Shown here: in pieces, positions 1 to 26,125 of the stretch
Layout: every line of letters starts with the position of its first letter
Numbering within the stretch: the stretch's first letter is position 1
Origin: the human T2T-CHM13v2.0 reference genome, Homo sapiens
Strand: one strand, 5' to 3'
DNA: 64,000 nt
NCBI RefSeq assembly: GCF_009914755.1
Contig: NC_060927.1
The notes under the pieces: model-generated
Told to the model about the DNA's origin: nothing
Databases searched by the model: none
The model's input: only the letters and a program-made list of their open reading frames with translations
Made by a program: the position numbers and the translations under genes

Positions 1-37
1 TATATACACACACACACACACAGAGACACACACACAC
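1..37. repeat. (CA)n microsatellite, interrupted
   Basis: Direct inspection. Confidence 0.9.
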
Positions 38-258
38 AAAGTACATATACCCACATAAAGCTATCTGTCTAAACGGTATTTTTTAAAAACATTAAATGAG
101 TTATCTCTGAGTAGTGGCAGTTCCAGGAATTATACTTCCTTTTTTAGTACTTTTCTACTATATTTGCTTTCTACAGTAAGCATAAATAATGTGTGTCAAG
201 GATAAACAATCTAGCTATTTAATTTGGAAATAGAAAAGCGCTGTCCGTAAAAAAAATT

Positions 259-360
259 GAACAGCAGAGTTGAGTAGCTATGATATAGACTGCTTGGCTG
301 GCAAAACCTAAAATGTTTATTTTCTGGCCTTTTACAGAAAAGATCTGTCTATGACCCCTG
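259..360 (+). mobile_element. MER58A-like hAT-Charlie fragment (3' half)
   Basis: gcagagttgagtag...cctaaaatgtttattttctggccttttacagaaaa...gacccctg resembles the MER58A terminus. Confidence 0.7.
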
Positions 361-447
361 ATACTTATACAATATTAGATGAAGGAGCATTTAAAAAATC
401 TCCTCAGCTTTCTCCAAGAGTCTTGCAGATTAGAAATACACCAAAAC

Positions 448-864
<417 letters not shown>

Positions 865-929
865 TTATAGTGGCAACTTCTTTGATTAAGTAAAAGCAGA
901 CATGGGAACGCCCATACAGCTCCTCTTAC

Positions 930-1069
930 CTTGTGATCACATGGTAGTAATAAATCTTCCCTTCTGGATCTCGAGCTGTCTTCCAGTTGGGAGGTAAGAC
1001 AATGGTTTTTGGTTTGGGAGGAGAGGGGGGCGGCAGATCCAAGAGATTATTTGTCACAACCATTTCAGA
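930..1069 (-). CDS. SETD2: SETD2 exon 17 (140 nt, phase 0-2): SEMVVTNNLLDLPPPSPPKPKTIVLPPNWKTARDPEGKIYYYHVITR, WW domain
   Basis: Manual translation; LPxxW...GxxYYY WW motif; acceptor ttctttgtag|TCT, donor AAG|gtaaga. Confidence 0.98.
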
Positions 1070-1555
1070 CTACAAAGAAAACACACACATTTTTGATCAG
1101 TGATCTCTCTCTTAATCTGGCTGAATAGGACAAAATAGCCCACTTAAATATGTAAAAATGTACATCTACCTCCTCTTAAAAAAAGGATAAAGGAAAGGTA
1201 CAGTCTGGGAAATAAGGGACAGTATATATAAAGAGGTTTACAGAGCTATCAGAAAATTGACAGTTGGCTCTAAGTTTACCATCCAAGATACCATATAGTT
1301 TATCATATAGAGCAGCATTTTTCAACTTTAAAACACCAATTCTAAGGCATATCAACTGCAGGATACCAATTAACTAAATGGGATACAGAAATATCTTTAT
1401 CTTTAAAAAAAAAAAAAAAGAAAAACCAAAAAACCCCCTGAGAAGCAAATATGACAGAATGTTAACATTATCCATTATATTTTTTCCGTACTTGAAACCT
1501 CAAAACTATAAAATATTAGTGCCACATTCTGAAAAACATAAAAACCTCATAATCA

Positions 1556-1924
1556 CTTATGGACTGATTTTTGTTTCCCCAAAACATGTATGTTGAAGCT
1601 CTAATCCTGCTGTGACTGTTACTGGGACACAGGGCCTGTAAAGAGCTAATTAAGATTAATGAAGTCAAAAGAGTGAGGACTTTTTATCTAATAGGATGGT
1701 GTCCTTATTAAAAGAGAACTGACACCAGAGGACACTCGCAGAGAAAAGGTATATACAGCAAGAAGGCAGCCATTTGCAAGCCAAGGAGAGAGGCCTCAGG
1801 AGAAACCAACACTGCTGACACCTTGATCTTGGACTTCCAGCCTCAAGAACTGTGAGAAAATTTCTGTTATTTAATCCACTCAGTCTGTGGTATTTTGTTA
1901 CCGCAGCCCTAGCAGACTAGTAAT
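1556..1924 (+). mobile_element. ERVL-MaLR solo LTR (MLT1A/B-like)
   Basis: tatggactga...ccttgatcttggacttccagcctc...gtctgtggtattttgtta...gcagccctagcagacta typical MLT1 LTR. Confidence 0.85.
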
Positions 1925-2429
1925 CACCACAAGGATATATACTTGTTCCTTCTTTCAAGCCTATTAATGAAGAATACATTTTTTACCTTTACCTTTGCTT
2001 GCACAGTTAAAGAGGAACCTGAAGACCCCAGGCTCAGATAAAATGTGTTCACTTTTAAGCAAACACGGGTCTTTGAGCATTCTTGCTTTGTGTATACTCT
2101 TTTTTATCTCTTATTTCACCCAGCTGGGGTTTTCTGGCCCAGCTTAAGTTTCAATTCCTCCATTACCCTATCCTTTAGCTTATAAAGTGACCTCTTTTCC
2201 CCAAGCTTCTGTGTCCCTTAATATTCCAAACCATTTATCTCTTAATAGTTTAAGGCAAAAAAGAAAAAATATATATTCCAAACCATTCAGTACTTATTCC
2301 CAACACAAAACTTTATTTTTAGTGTAGTCACCATCTTTCTCTTGTGATCATCATCTCTCTTATTTGAAAGATCAGCTTTTAAGAATACAAATGGAAACTT
2401 ATTTATGTTTGTATTAAAAATGCCTAGTC

Positions 2430-2712
2430 GGCCAAGCACAGTGGCTCATGCCTGTAATCCCAGCACTTTGGAAGGCCGAGGCAGGTGGATCACGAGGTCA
2501 GGAGTTTGAGACCAGCCTGGCCAACATAGTGAAACCCTGTCTCTACTAAAAATACAAAAGTATTAGCCGGGTGTGGTGGTGTGCACTTGTAATCCCAGCT
2601 ACTCAGGAGGCTGAGGCAGGAGAACTGCTTGAACCTGGGAGGCGGAGGTTGCAGTGAGCCGCGAGATCAAACCACTGTACTCCAGGCTGGGCAACAAAGC
2701 AAGACTTCATCT

Positions 2713-2767
<55 letters not shown>
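2430..2767 (+). mobile_element. Alu (S-type) with 54-nt pure poly(A) tail
   Basis: Full-length Alu; A run 2714-2767. Confidence 0.95.
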
Positions 2768-2770
<3 letters not shown>

Positions 2771-3213
2771 CTAGAAGGGCTCAACTCGTAACAAGCACTC
2801 AAACATCTGCTCTAAGTACACATTATCTTATTATCCTGTTATTTCACATATAGTATTTTTAGTCCATCTTCACTAACTGTCCTGTCTAAAGTCATCATCA
2901 ATTGCTGGATTGCTGCAAGAGCTTTCTCCAGAACTGTAAGTGTTCTAAAGTGCTGATTTGACCATGCTATTCTGTTTAGTTTTTTCAGTTGTTTCCCATG
3001 CCAACCTCTTATTTTCCACTTTATCCAAAAACAACAACACTTTGAGATTTCACCATATCCTCCTACATATGTTGCAGAATACCAAAAGCTTATCTTAATA
3101 TTAAACATCATATAAAAAACTTTTTTTAAACATTGTACAACATGTATAGTGAAGTATATCACACAATTCTACATGCCTAGTCCATGGTGACTAGTACAGT
3201 ATCATATTCTAGT

Positions 3214-3439
3214 ACAGGTTAAGCAGCCCTAATACAAAAATACAAAACATTTTGAGTGCTGACATGACACTCAAAGGCCATGTTCAAAGGAAATGCTTAT
3301 TGGAATATTTCAAGCTATACATTTTCAAATTAGAGATGCTCAAGTGGTAATTATAGTGCAGATATTCCAGAATCCATAAAATTCTGAAATGTGAAATACT
3401 TCTGGTCCCGTGAAGCTCAGATAAGGGATACTCAACCTG
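3214..3439 (+). mobile_element. Tigger4a/Zombi-like MITE
   Basis: TIRs caggttaagcagccct / agggatactcaacctg flanked by TA. Confidence 0.8.
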
Positions 3440-3486
3440 TACGCGGTAAATACTGATAGATAGCTGGTCTAGGAAATTGTTACTTC

Positions 3487-4080
<594 letters not shown>

Positions 4081-4161
4081 AATTATTACTTCAAAAATTC
4101 ATAGTAAAATATAAAAATACAAGGTCAGGGTAAACAACAAATAAAAAGGATCCTAGGAGCA

Positions 4162-5002
<841 letters not shown>

Positions 5003-6178
5003 CTAAAAGATAAAATGAAGAAATCAATAATTTAAGCTTTTGTCACTTTAATAAACAGACTGACTTCCAAGTTGGCACAATCTTAAAGATATACCCATAA
5101 CATTTTAAAATTTTTTGTTTATATATTTGGACATAAATGTGCAAAACAATTTTTTGTTTCAAACCCCAAAGTTTCTTTTTTTACTAATTCCCTATTCATT
5201 TACTTACTTTGATTTTACTTTATCATAAGAAAATAAAAGCTTTTTTTTTTTTGGTCATAGAAATTCTCCAACTGTTTAGCTTTCAATGACATTGGAATGA
5301 CATTGAAAATTAAACAGGTGGACAGTTTCTATAAGCAAAAACCAATGAAGTGCTGCTCCTGGGATATCCAAGAAACAATGCCACGCTGCTCTTTTCAGGA
5401 AGGCTTTTGCTACCAACTTGTAATAACAAACAGGTTGTTTGGATCAGAAAAGGTCAAAGGGTGTGAATCATAGTAAATAAGATGATCAAATTTTAAGCTA
5501 CCTTTTGTTTTAGCTTTTTGTAGTCTTCTATGATAAAACCCCTTGGCAGAAAGCAGAATCAATGCATCTGAAATTCTCACAACACACCAATTTATACAGT
5601 GTTCTATGATGCAAGAAGCCCCTTAACATACATCATCTCATTTAGTGCTGACCACCATCAAAACCAGGTACTGCCCATGCCTGGAGTTTCATAAGAAATA
5701 AGTACTATGCTAGGGCTTAAACCTACTCTGTAATTATTTCTCAAGCATAGAAAATCTGCTTAAATAAGAAGAGGTGATAAGAAGACTGAAAAATAGCCTT
5801 GCTGTCCTAAGAGGTGGTGACTGTTAAGGAATTGAATAGACATGTATCCTGTGCTTAAGGAGAGATTTTGCTCCTATGGACTGAGATTCTAGCAGGTAAA
5901 ATGATTACAGAAACATCAAATGCTAAGTACTCAAAATACAAAATATAATTCCAAATGACACCAGTAAAAACTCAAGTAGTCTGAATAGGCAATGCAGCTA
6001 TCTAGCAGGTTTCTGAATGAATAATTACTGACAGGACACAGGAAAAAGGAAAAGAACACTTAATTTGGTATTCTGGATCAGCTTAATCTACTTGGATAAT
6101 AAACCAGACTGAAAAACATTAATTGTTAAGGCAGAATTACCATCAGAATAGTATCACAAAGCCTGAGAGGAAAATGTA

Positions 6179-8852
<2,674 letters not shown>

Positions 8853-8862
8853 TATTTATGTA

Positions 8863-11597
<2,735 letters not shown>

Positions 11598-11734
11598 TGA
11601 TTTCTAATGGGAATTACAGAAGAAATGTGAGAAGGTCCAATAGGTTATAGAGAGAAAAATACAATTTTTCTGTTACCACCTCTAGAATAATAAAAAATCA
11701 TTATTACTTTATATCTGGATCACTTCACTTTATA

Positions 11735-11805
11735 CTATGTCAGTGCAAAAGTAGTTTTCACCATTTTTAACAGCAAAAGCCATGACTACTTTTGCACCAA
11801 CCTAA
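11735..11805. mobile_element. MADE1 (Hsmar1-derived MITE), degenerate
   Basis: gtgcaaaagtag...ctacttttgcaccaacctaa inverted termini. Confidence 0.85.
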
Positions 11806-13826
11806 AATGAAAAATTATAGTCTAAGCACTCAAACTCTTGAGATGTAATTTTGTATAACTTTGTGAGAGTAAGTCACTTATTAGTGTCACAAGACCACTA
11901 CAAATTACGTGACCTCTGTTAAAATTGAGCTTTTATGTTTAGTATGCAGTTGTGTAAAAAAATCAGTCACCTCTGATAACACATTTGCTCCAAATATTAA
12001 AGATACTGAATATGTAGATACACAGACGTAAATGTATATTATATCATGTTACATATTACTTCACCGCCAAGGTTATCACAGCTTGCAAACTCTGAGTAGC
12101 CATGTTGTATGGTTAACACTGGGCTTCAACAACACAAACTTCAAGGCTCCTAGAGGTCAGATTTTTAGGGCTAGACAACAGATGGATGAACATGACCAGA
12201 TGTTACTTCACAGCCCACTAATGTCAATAATCTCCCCTGAATACTATTAAGGTAACTATTTGTGTAAGTAACCATCAAGGTATATGGTGCTTTGAATCTA
12301 TCATTATTAATATCCCTTATCTTAATGCAAATCAAACCATTCTGAGGCATTCTGCTCATTTTATAGATGAGAAAACAAAGACTCAAGAATATTAATGCCT
12401 GTTTCTAGGATGCACAGTAAATGATAAACCGGGACTCAAAACACATACTAACAATATATTCTATGTTTCTCAATACCCCCAAAGCCCAGTATCATCTGAT
12501 CAATTAATCTCACACAGTGGGGAACGGAAGGATAGTTGAACCACCACAGCCCATTTACCTACTACTTAAGTACACACAAAGTAGATTAGGGAATCAGTAA
12601 GTACTTCTTGATAGGGACAGAATGAAAGACTAGAAGCAAGTAAATTGTGATGCTTGGCTCTTAGGGCTAATGAATAAAACCAAGAGAATCTTTTTTTCTC
12701 ATTGGGAAGGAATAAATGGATTTTATTTTATAAGAAAAATCATATGACCAGGGAGCTCTTTACTGAGGAGTCTTTAATGGATATCTTTCATTGCTGTTGC
12801 TTAGGCTCTAGTACTGAGATGGGACCTATTTCAGGAATAGGAATGGGGATAGACATAAACCATTTTTACTGTATCCCTGATACATATTTTTAGGGAAAAA
12901 CTCAAAACTAATGGCTTGGTCCAAGAAAGAATATGGCTCATACCCAAGTCAAACTGACAGTAAAACAAAACCAAAACCAAAACCCAAAACATTCTGTAGG
13001 AGGGAGAATGAAACATACTCTCTCCCTACACACACACACAAACAATTCACACCTGATGACCAATAATGCCCACATTTTTACTAGCCTTCTGTAACAACAG
13101 TCATTTTAAACCAAACAGCAAACAAAAAGCAGAAAAAAACTATAAGCATGTTTAATGGAATGCTATTTATAATTATGAAAAATAACTTTTCATTTAAATG
13201 ACTACCCCCAGTAAAATGGATGACTATATAAGCAAATAGGGTATTATACCCATTAAAACATTTATGTATGTATATGTATATGTACACACACACATATAGT
13301 ATAATAGTAAATAATTTGAAAAAGTGGTTACAAATCATTTTAAGGAATTGAGTCAAATCTCTTTCCCCTACTCCAAGATCCCATCACAGTGGTCCCCATA
13401 CTTATCCCCACTGGCTCCTCTTAAATAAAGTCTGATTTACTATCTTAAAAAAAAATCATTTTAAGTAGGAAAACATGGGATAAAAAACTTCAAGTCAAGA
13501 CAAATATATAAAATACATAAAACTTGCTTTAAAGGATCATAAAAAATGAAAGTAGTTAATACAGTTAGGGTTTTAGTAATTAAAACAGGATACCTTGTCA
13601 TGGCCATTTTAACAAATGTTTTAATACAGCTTCATTATGAAAATATGAACAGAAGTAAAAATTACTGTTTAATACTAAGTATTATGTGCAGGAAACATTG
13701 TTGGGAGTCTTCAACATCCACAATAATTCATTTTTAAGGGGTAATGAGGAGTGCTGGGAGAGAGACAGAAATGTGGTGATGATAATGCTTTGAACATTTT
13801 TTTTTCAAAGCTTTAAATGTACTGCT

Positions 13827-14835
<1,009 letters not shown>

Positions 14836-14899
14836 TGACCATGATTTTTAGAAAACACAAAAATATTACCATGATGAAGGGTTCTCCCTTGGGAGAAAT

Positions 14900-15108
14900 G
14901 GAGACCTGCTAACAACAATGTGAGTAGGTTGGAAAGTGAATCTCTATATCTAGTTCAGCCTTCAGATGACTGCAGCCATGGCCAACAGCTTGACTGTAAT
15001 TTCATGGAAAACCCTGAGCCAGATCCACCCTGCTAAGCTGCTTCTGAGTTACTTATTGTCTTAAGCTGACAAGTTCTGGCAATATTTCACACAATAGATA
15101 ACCAATAC
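14900..15108 (+). mobile_element. MLT1-type MaLR LTR fragment
   Basis: ccttcagatgactgcagcc...ccctgagccaga...gctaagctgct...aatagataaccaataca. Confidence 0.7.
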
Positions 15109-15229
15109 ATATAAAGTTGATCAATATATACAAGTAGTCCATGGTAAGACTTCCTCCCCTATACCAGATTTAACTAACATCCCATGAACAGACCATAAAG
15201 CAGAAAAGAAAAGTTTCAGAATTAGTTAC

Positions 15230-15899
15230 CTGTACAATTGGTGGAGTTGTCTGTGAATAAGGTGATGTCACACCATAGACTGTTGGACATGTCTGTCCTT
15301 GATAATATATGGTTGCTTGAGACTGTGCAGGAGAGTACTGCTGCTGTACACTGACAGACTGTTGGTTTGAATCCCAAACACTATAATTCTGTCCCTGAAC
15401 TGGGCCGGGGGCCGGCACTGGCAAGACAGCAACGCTGGAGTCTTGGTGTACTACACCATCACTCTGGGCCACATACTGGGAACTGGAAACTTCCACAGGA
15501 GCTGCCACATGTGGCACCACTGGTACTGGTGGAGGGGCAGAAAGGGGTTCTGTAGAATGTCCCACCAAGGGCTGAGCATGATCATAAGGAGCAGGAGAAC
15601 ACACTGGGTCCATGCTGGGTGTGGGCAGGAGCACCTTTCCAGCATTAGGGTTGCTGGGATCCACATAGGCCTGCATGGGATAACCTGGTGGGTAACCAGC
15701 AAAGGGATGATGCGGGGCATTATAACCAAGAGAGTCATAGGGCAGTGGTGATGTCATTCCCAGGTTCTGCATCTGTTGCTGTTGTTTCTGAGCCTCCCGT
15801 TGAGCCACCTCTTGCTCAAACAACTTCCGGCGTTCCTCTGTAGAAAGTTTATTGCGGTCTTTAATTCGTACTTTCTTTTTAGAAGTTGGTGTATCATAT
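15230..15899 (-). CDS. SETD2: SETD2 exon 15 (670 nt, phase 2-0): YDTPTSKKKV...TTPPIVQ; coiled-coil and Pro-rich region including the hnRNP-interacting (SHI) segment
   Basis: ORF track 15170..15823 extended 5'; acceptor ttttctttctag|A, donor CAG|gtaact; SHI placement from recall. Confidence 0.98.
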
Positions 15900-16604
15900 C
15901 TAGAAAGAAAATAAGGACCACAAAAAGTTGCTCCCTAAATCATAGACACAATCAAAGCACTAATAAGTATTATGTCACTCATGACTAAACCACTAACCAC
16001 ATCAAACCCTATTTGGCACTGGTTTACAACTATACTCAAAATTACTCAGCTTGTCTTGCACACAGAACAGAATCCCAAGGAATTGACAAAGAGATGAAAA
16101 TAATTTCATCTCTAATTTCATCTCTACCCTTAGTTTCTAGAATTTTAAGATTAAAGATAGATACAGCATCCTATTCTTTATAGCTGGGGACATTTCTATA
16201 ATCACAAATTCTAAAATTAAAATAAAAAACAAAATAAGTGTCATAAACCAAGAAATAATCCAATACTCAATCCAATTTATTGTCCCTAAATTCCACAGTA
16301 CGGTTAAGCAGGAGATTAGATATGAAGAGAAATAGTTGAAAAATAACCTTCAAATTCAAAAGTCCAATGAATTCCAACTGGGAAAAGAAAAAGAAATCCT
16401 CATAAAAACATACAGCAGAAAGACATATACAAAGAGAGCCTCTTAAAAGCAGACCAAGAGAAAAGCCCGATTAAAGAAGGATGAAAATTAGACCAAGTCT
16501 CACAAAACCAGTTAAGGGAAGCCAGAAAACTGAAGAATAAATAGAGTCAGAATGTTGAGAGAAACTATTTCCCCAAAAAAACTTCCTTTCAAAAATGAGG
16601 GAGA

Positions 16605-19985
<3,381 letters not shown>

Positions 19986-20572
19986 AATCACATTACATAC
20001 CGAGATACTTTAAAACTAAAAAATTCTGCCAAATGCAGTATATAAATGCTTTATCTCAATTTTTTAAAAAGCAAATTTAATTTAAAAAGAACTTGTCTGG
20101 GATAAATGTTTTCTAGCCTCCAGTAAACGATTACATGGTTTGTTTTTCTACCAGCATAACAAGAGAGCTTCTGACTAGATTTATTAAAAATCAGCATTTT
20201 AATTAGTATGGCACAAAACTCATAAGAAAACAAAGTTCTAGCTTTTAAAGAATAACCATTATCTTTGAAGACTTATCTCCCACCAACCCCCATTGTGCTC
20301 GAAAGAACAAATCTTTGGCTCCCAAAACGACATTTAAATATTATCAAATAGGAGCCATTCAAGAATCAAAACCTATTAATCTTCACAGCTACTACTACTG
20401 TCAACAGAGAATCTGTCTTAAGATTATCAGTAAAGTTGTATACTCACTCATCAAAATGCAAATACTAATTCCAAAAGCCCTTGATGTTCACAATCAGAAG
20501 TATATGACTTGGGTACTTTTTAACTTGCTCAAAACAAAAACAAAAACAAAAAAACTCACACAGGCCACTTAC

Positions 20573-20756
20573 CTGTCATCTGGCCTTTTTGTTCCCCGCT
20601 CATAGGCAGAAGAGGGTGGTGAGAGGGAGCTTCTTCGTTTCCTTTTCTCTTTATTTTGAGTTTGCTTGTCTGGGTCTCTCTCTCTTGACCTATTAGGAGT
20701 CTTCGGGGCAGGTGTTTGATCTCTGAAGCCAACAGCATCCCTTCCTCGTTCAGTTG
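20573..20756 (-). CDS. SETD2: SETD2 exon 14 (184 nt, phase 1-2): TERGRDAVGFRDQTP...GTKRPDDR
   Basis: ORF track 20569..20823; acceptor ttttcccttag|CA, donor CAG|gtaagt. Confidence 0.98.
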
Positions 20757-21210
20757 CTAAGGGAAAAGGGTGGTTTGTTTGTTTTTTTTTTTTAAGTTTA
20801 TTTGGTGGACTTTTCTCCATCATGACAATGTATCAACTGTATAATAAAACTTCTATCCAACAAATGTATCTATGGACTCCTCCGTCATCTACCCAGTTCT
20901 GAATTTGAAAGAGATACAAGGTCTTATGTCTGTGTTCACTCTACTCACTAAAAGTCTCTTTCACAAATGCCCTTTTCTCCTCTTTCCCTCCAAAGACTCA
21001 GTCTAAGCCGTTAACATTTCTATAATAAGTTCTGTGAGCACATGCATGCAAGATATTCCCATTACATTTAGCAAGGCAGTTTACTTGCCAGTTCAAAAAT
21101 GTAAAAGCCTTCAACTACCCTATAACTCTTCATATTTATAATCTATAGAAAAGCAGCCTGATGTGCTAAGCATAAGAACCTCAATGAGAAAAGTTTATTT
21201 TTTTTTTTAA

Positions 21211-22422
<1,212 letters not shown>

Positions 22423-24380
22423 TCACCACTAAACATTTCAGTATCAATTGACTGGCATAATATGCTGTTGCTTTGTGTATGTTAGTATTGCTCTCTTATT
22501 GAGAATTTCTCTCATAGGACAAGGAAGAGTCTCAATAAACATTTACTGCTTTTTCTTTTTCTCATCTCATAAAAATGTTCTATGGGTTGTTTTACTCCCT
22601 CAGCAACCGAGTTAGGTTTCATAAGCATTTCTCACAGTTCTTTTAGGTGGCCCAAAACCCCAAGTATTTGCAACATGGTTACTAAACTACAGCCAGGTAT
22701 GAGCATTCGTCAACAAGAAGCTAACAGAACTCATTTGTACCACATCCGGGTAGAAAATGCAGTATAATTAAATTAAGTGCTCCAGTTCACAAGGTATTAG
22801 CACTATATCCTTTTATGAGGTACCATTATCCAGTTGCATCTGGATCTACCCACGTCTATCTTGCTTCCTCCTGCAAACCCAGGTTTCTTACCTAGTATAA
22901 ATTTCCTTAAAATGTGACTATTTCTTCACTATACCCTGATAAAACAAAAAAGGAATCATACCAACAGTTCATATTCTGACTCTGCACCTTAGAATATGTG
23001 AGGCAGACAAGTCATTCCATTTATTCAGGCTGATTTCCTAATATTATAAAAATGAGGGTAAAGTTAGACTACGTATTTCCTGAAGTGTTTCACAATCCTT
23101 CCAAATTTTAAAGGTTCTATGCTTTGTTTGACATTAAGAAATGGAAACCAGGCTTATATATATTATATATATGTAAATATATATAAAATATATAAAATAA
23201 TATAATATATAAAAATATAAAATAATTATAAGCATTATATATTATAAGCATTTTCTTATTTTAGAAACCTGAGACTGAGATGAAGGGTTCTACATGTGAA
23301 AGAGAGACTAAGGTCGGCAGAAAAGAGGCTACTCCCTGAAAAGATATAGTTGTTCATTACAGATCATCCTCTGCATCTCATGGATGCAAAATATTTCTCC
23401 ACAATAATTTGCAAATATCTAGCCACACCAGACTAGATATTTACAAAATATTATGGAGAAACGCTCATAGGTATTTAAGCTTTGCTTGTGTGCTACTAAT
23501 AGTTTTAACTCAGTGATCCCAGAAAGCTAGCTTCTGATAATCAACCCTATAGTGGTGCCACTGGTTTTGCCAACCACTATTGCCCAGTCCTGCCTTCTTT
23601 TTTATAGGAAGAGTTATTTGCAGCCCTAAGTAGAATGTGAGGCTATGAAGAGACTAAACCAGAGAGTGGAACTAAAAATATTCGAAAGACAAACAATGGT
23701 GCAAAGGTTATCTCACAGGTCTTTAACCAATAAGACTAAGATTATATAAAAAGTTATGCACACCAAAAATAAAAAGACAAAAAAAAAAAATCACACTGGC
23801 TTCTTCATTCTACTTTTAGTGGGTCAGTGGTGGAGGTACTCATGAAACCAATAACCACCATAAGTGACCCTATTCCTTGAATCTCTAAGTAAGTGTGCTG
23901 GAAGAAAGGAAGGAAATTCTTAAGGCTGGGCATAGTGGCTTACATCTGTGATCCCAGCACTTTGGGAGGTGGAAACAGGAGCACTTAAGGACAAGAGTTC
24001 AAGCCTAGCCTGGGTAACATAGCGAGACTCTGTCTCTACAAAAAATAAATAAATAAATAAATAACCAGGCATGGTGGCACACACCTATAGTCTCAGCTAC
24101 TCAAGAGGCTGAGGCAAGAGGATTGCCTGAGCCCAGGAGTTCAAGGCTGCAGTGAGAGCTATGATGGTGTCACTGTGCTCAGCCTGCATGACAGAATAAG
24201 ACACTGTCTCTAAAAAATAAATCAATAAATAAGTTTGTTGGAAATGTAACTAAGTGGTAAAGTCCAGAAACCAGATTCCCATGGCCTCCCTGCTATCCAT
24301 TCTGAAACAATGATTCTAACTTTTTCAGGGGTGACTGAGAATCTGATCAAAGTTTTGAACTTGCCTCAGAAAAGTAAATA

Positions 24381-24729
24381 CAGTCAACCCTTGAACAACA
24401 TGAGTTTGAACTGGATGAAAGTCCACTTATATGTGGATTTTCTTCTAACTGTGCCACCCAAGACAGCAAGACTAATCCCTCTTCTTCCTCGTCAGTCTGC
24501 TCAAGGTGAAGATAAGGATGAAGACCTCTATGATGATCTATTTCCACTTAATGAAGAGTAAATATATTTTCTCTTATGATTTTCTTAATAACATTTTTAT
24601 CTAGCTTACTTTATTTTAAGAATACAGTTACATAATACACATAACATACATAATATGAGGAGTCAAAAGTTATGTGGAATTTCGACGCACAGGGTATCTG
24701 TATCTCCTATGTTGTTCAAGGGTCAACTG
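24381..24729. mobile_element. Tigger2a-like element
   Basis: TIRs cagtcaacccttgaacaaca / tgttgttcaagggtcaactg. Confidence 0.85.
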
Positions 24730-25476
24730 TGTACATACAGAATTTTACATGTAAACATCTTTTTTCCTTTTAGAGACAGGGCCTCACTTTGTTGCTCAGG
24801 CTGGAGTACAGTGGCACGATCATGGCTCACTGCAGCCTCAATCTCCTAGGCTCAGGTGATCCTCCTACCTCAGCCTCCTGGTAATTAGGATTATAGGCAC
24901 ACACCACCACACTTAGCTAATATTTTTGTATTTTTTGTAGAGACAGGGTTTCACCATGTTTCCCAGGCTGGTCTCAAACTCTTGGGCTCAAGCAATCCAC
25001 CTGCTTCAACTTCCCAAAGTGCTAGGATTACAGGTGTGAGCCACCCTGCCCAGCTGCATATAAATATCTTGAGGTAAAGACCCTCCCAAAGACATCTAGA
25101 AGTATAGGTTTAAGAATGTCTGCTCTATCTGGTGCGAAGGAAAAAAAAAATCAAAATCACAATAATAAAAGAAAAAAAGACTAAATAAAAAAAATAAAGA
25201 ATGTCTGCTCTAGAGGACAAACGAATAGAAAAAAAGCTAGTAAAGATTGAGTTCAAGGAAAGCGACAACAAAACAGTGTAAGAGACATTTCCTTTGGCAA
25301 AATGCATTAAGAATAAAAGCACAAGTTTCCAAACTTTTACACCAAATATTTCATTTACCTAGTTATATATTCTCTAGTTTCAAAAACAAAAACGCTTAAG
25401 TTCTTATCAGTTACCTCTGCACATAACAAAAGAATATTTGTAAAGCCATCAACACAGAGTATCTCTGAATACCTAC

Positions 25477-25525
25477 TTGTGTTTTCCTTTTCAGTTTGAC
25501 TTTTCTTTGGAATTCGATATACCTC
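25477..25525 (-). CDS. SETD2: SETD2 exon 13 (49 nt, phase 0-1): EVYRIPKKSQTEKENT
   Basis: Manual translation; YRIPKK motif; acceptor ttttttgcag|GAG, donor CAA|gtaggt; phase fits exons 12 and 14. Confidence 0.96.
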
Positions 25526-25765
25526 CTGCAAAAAATAAACCAGAGGGAGGGTTATTAGTGAGGGTGGAAATGGTGATTGCTTTGAAACTGACTGTTTTCA
25601 CATGACAATAAAGAAATGGAAAGTAACAAGCTGGTACTTATTCTCTAAAATTTGACTTATATCTGGGCTTTAAATAAGAATATATCCTGGCCCCTTAAAA
25701 ACAAGAAAAAATATATAGCAGAAATACATATATTTACATCTATCAAGCTTGTACGATCTCACTAG

Positions 25766-26125
<360 letters not shown>

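Noticed and set aside
2629-2853. Poly-lysine ORF
   Set aside because: Translation of an Alu poly(A) tail
25129-25140. Reverse complement ccttcgcacca resembles a tRNA CCA end
   Set aside because: Only 11 nt and in the wrong orientation relative to the A tail; origin cannot be assigned
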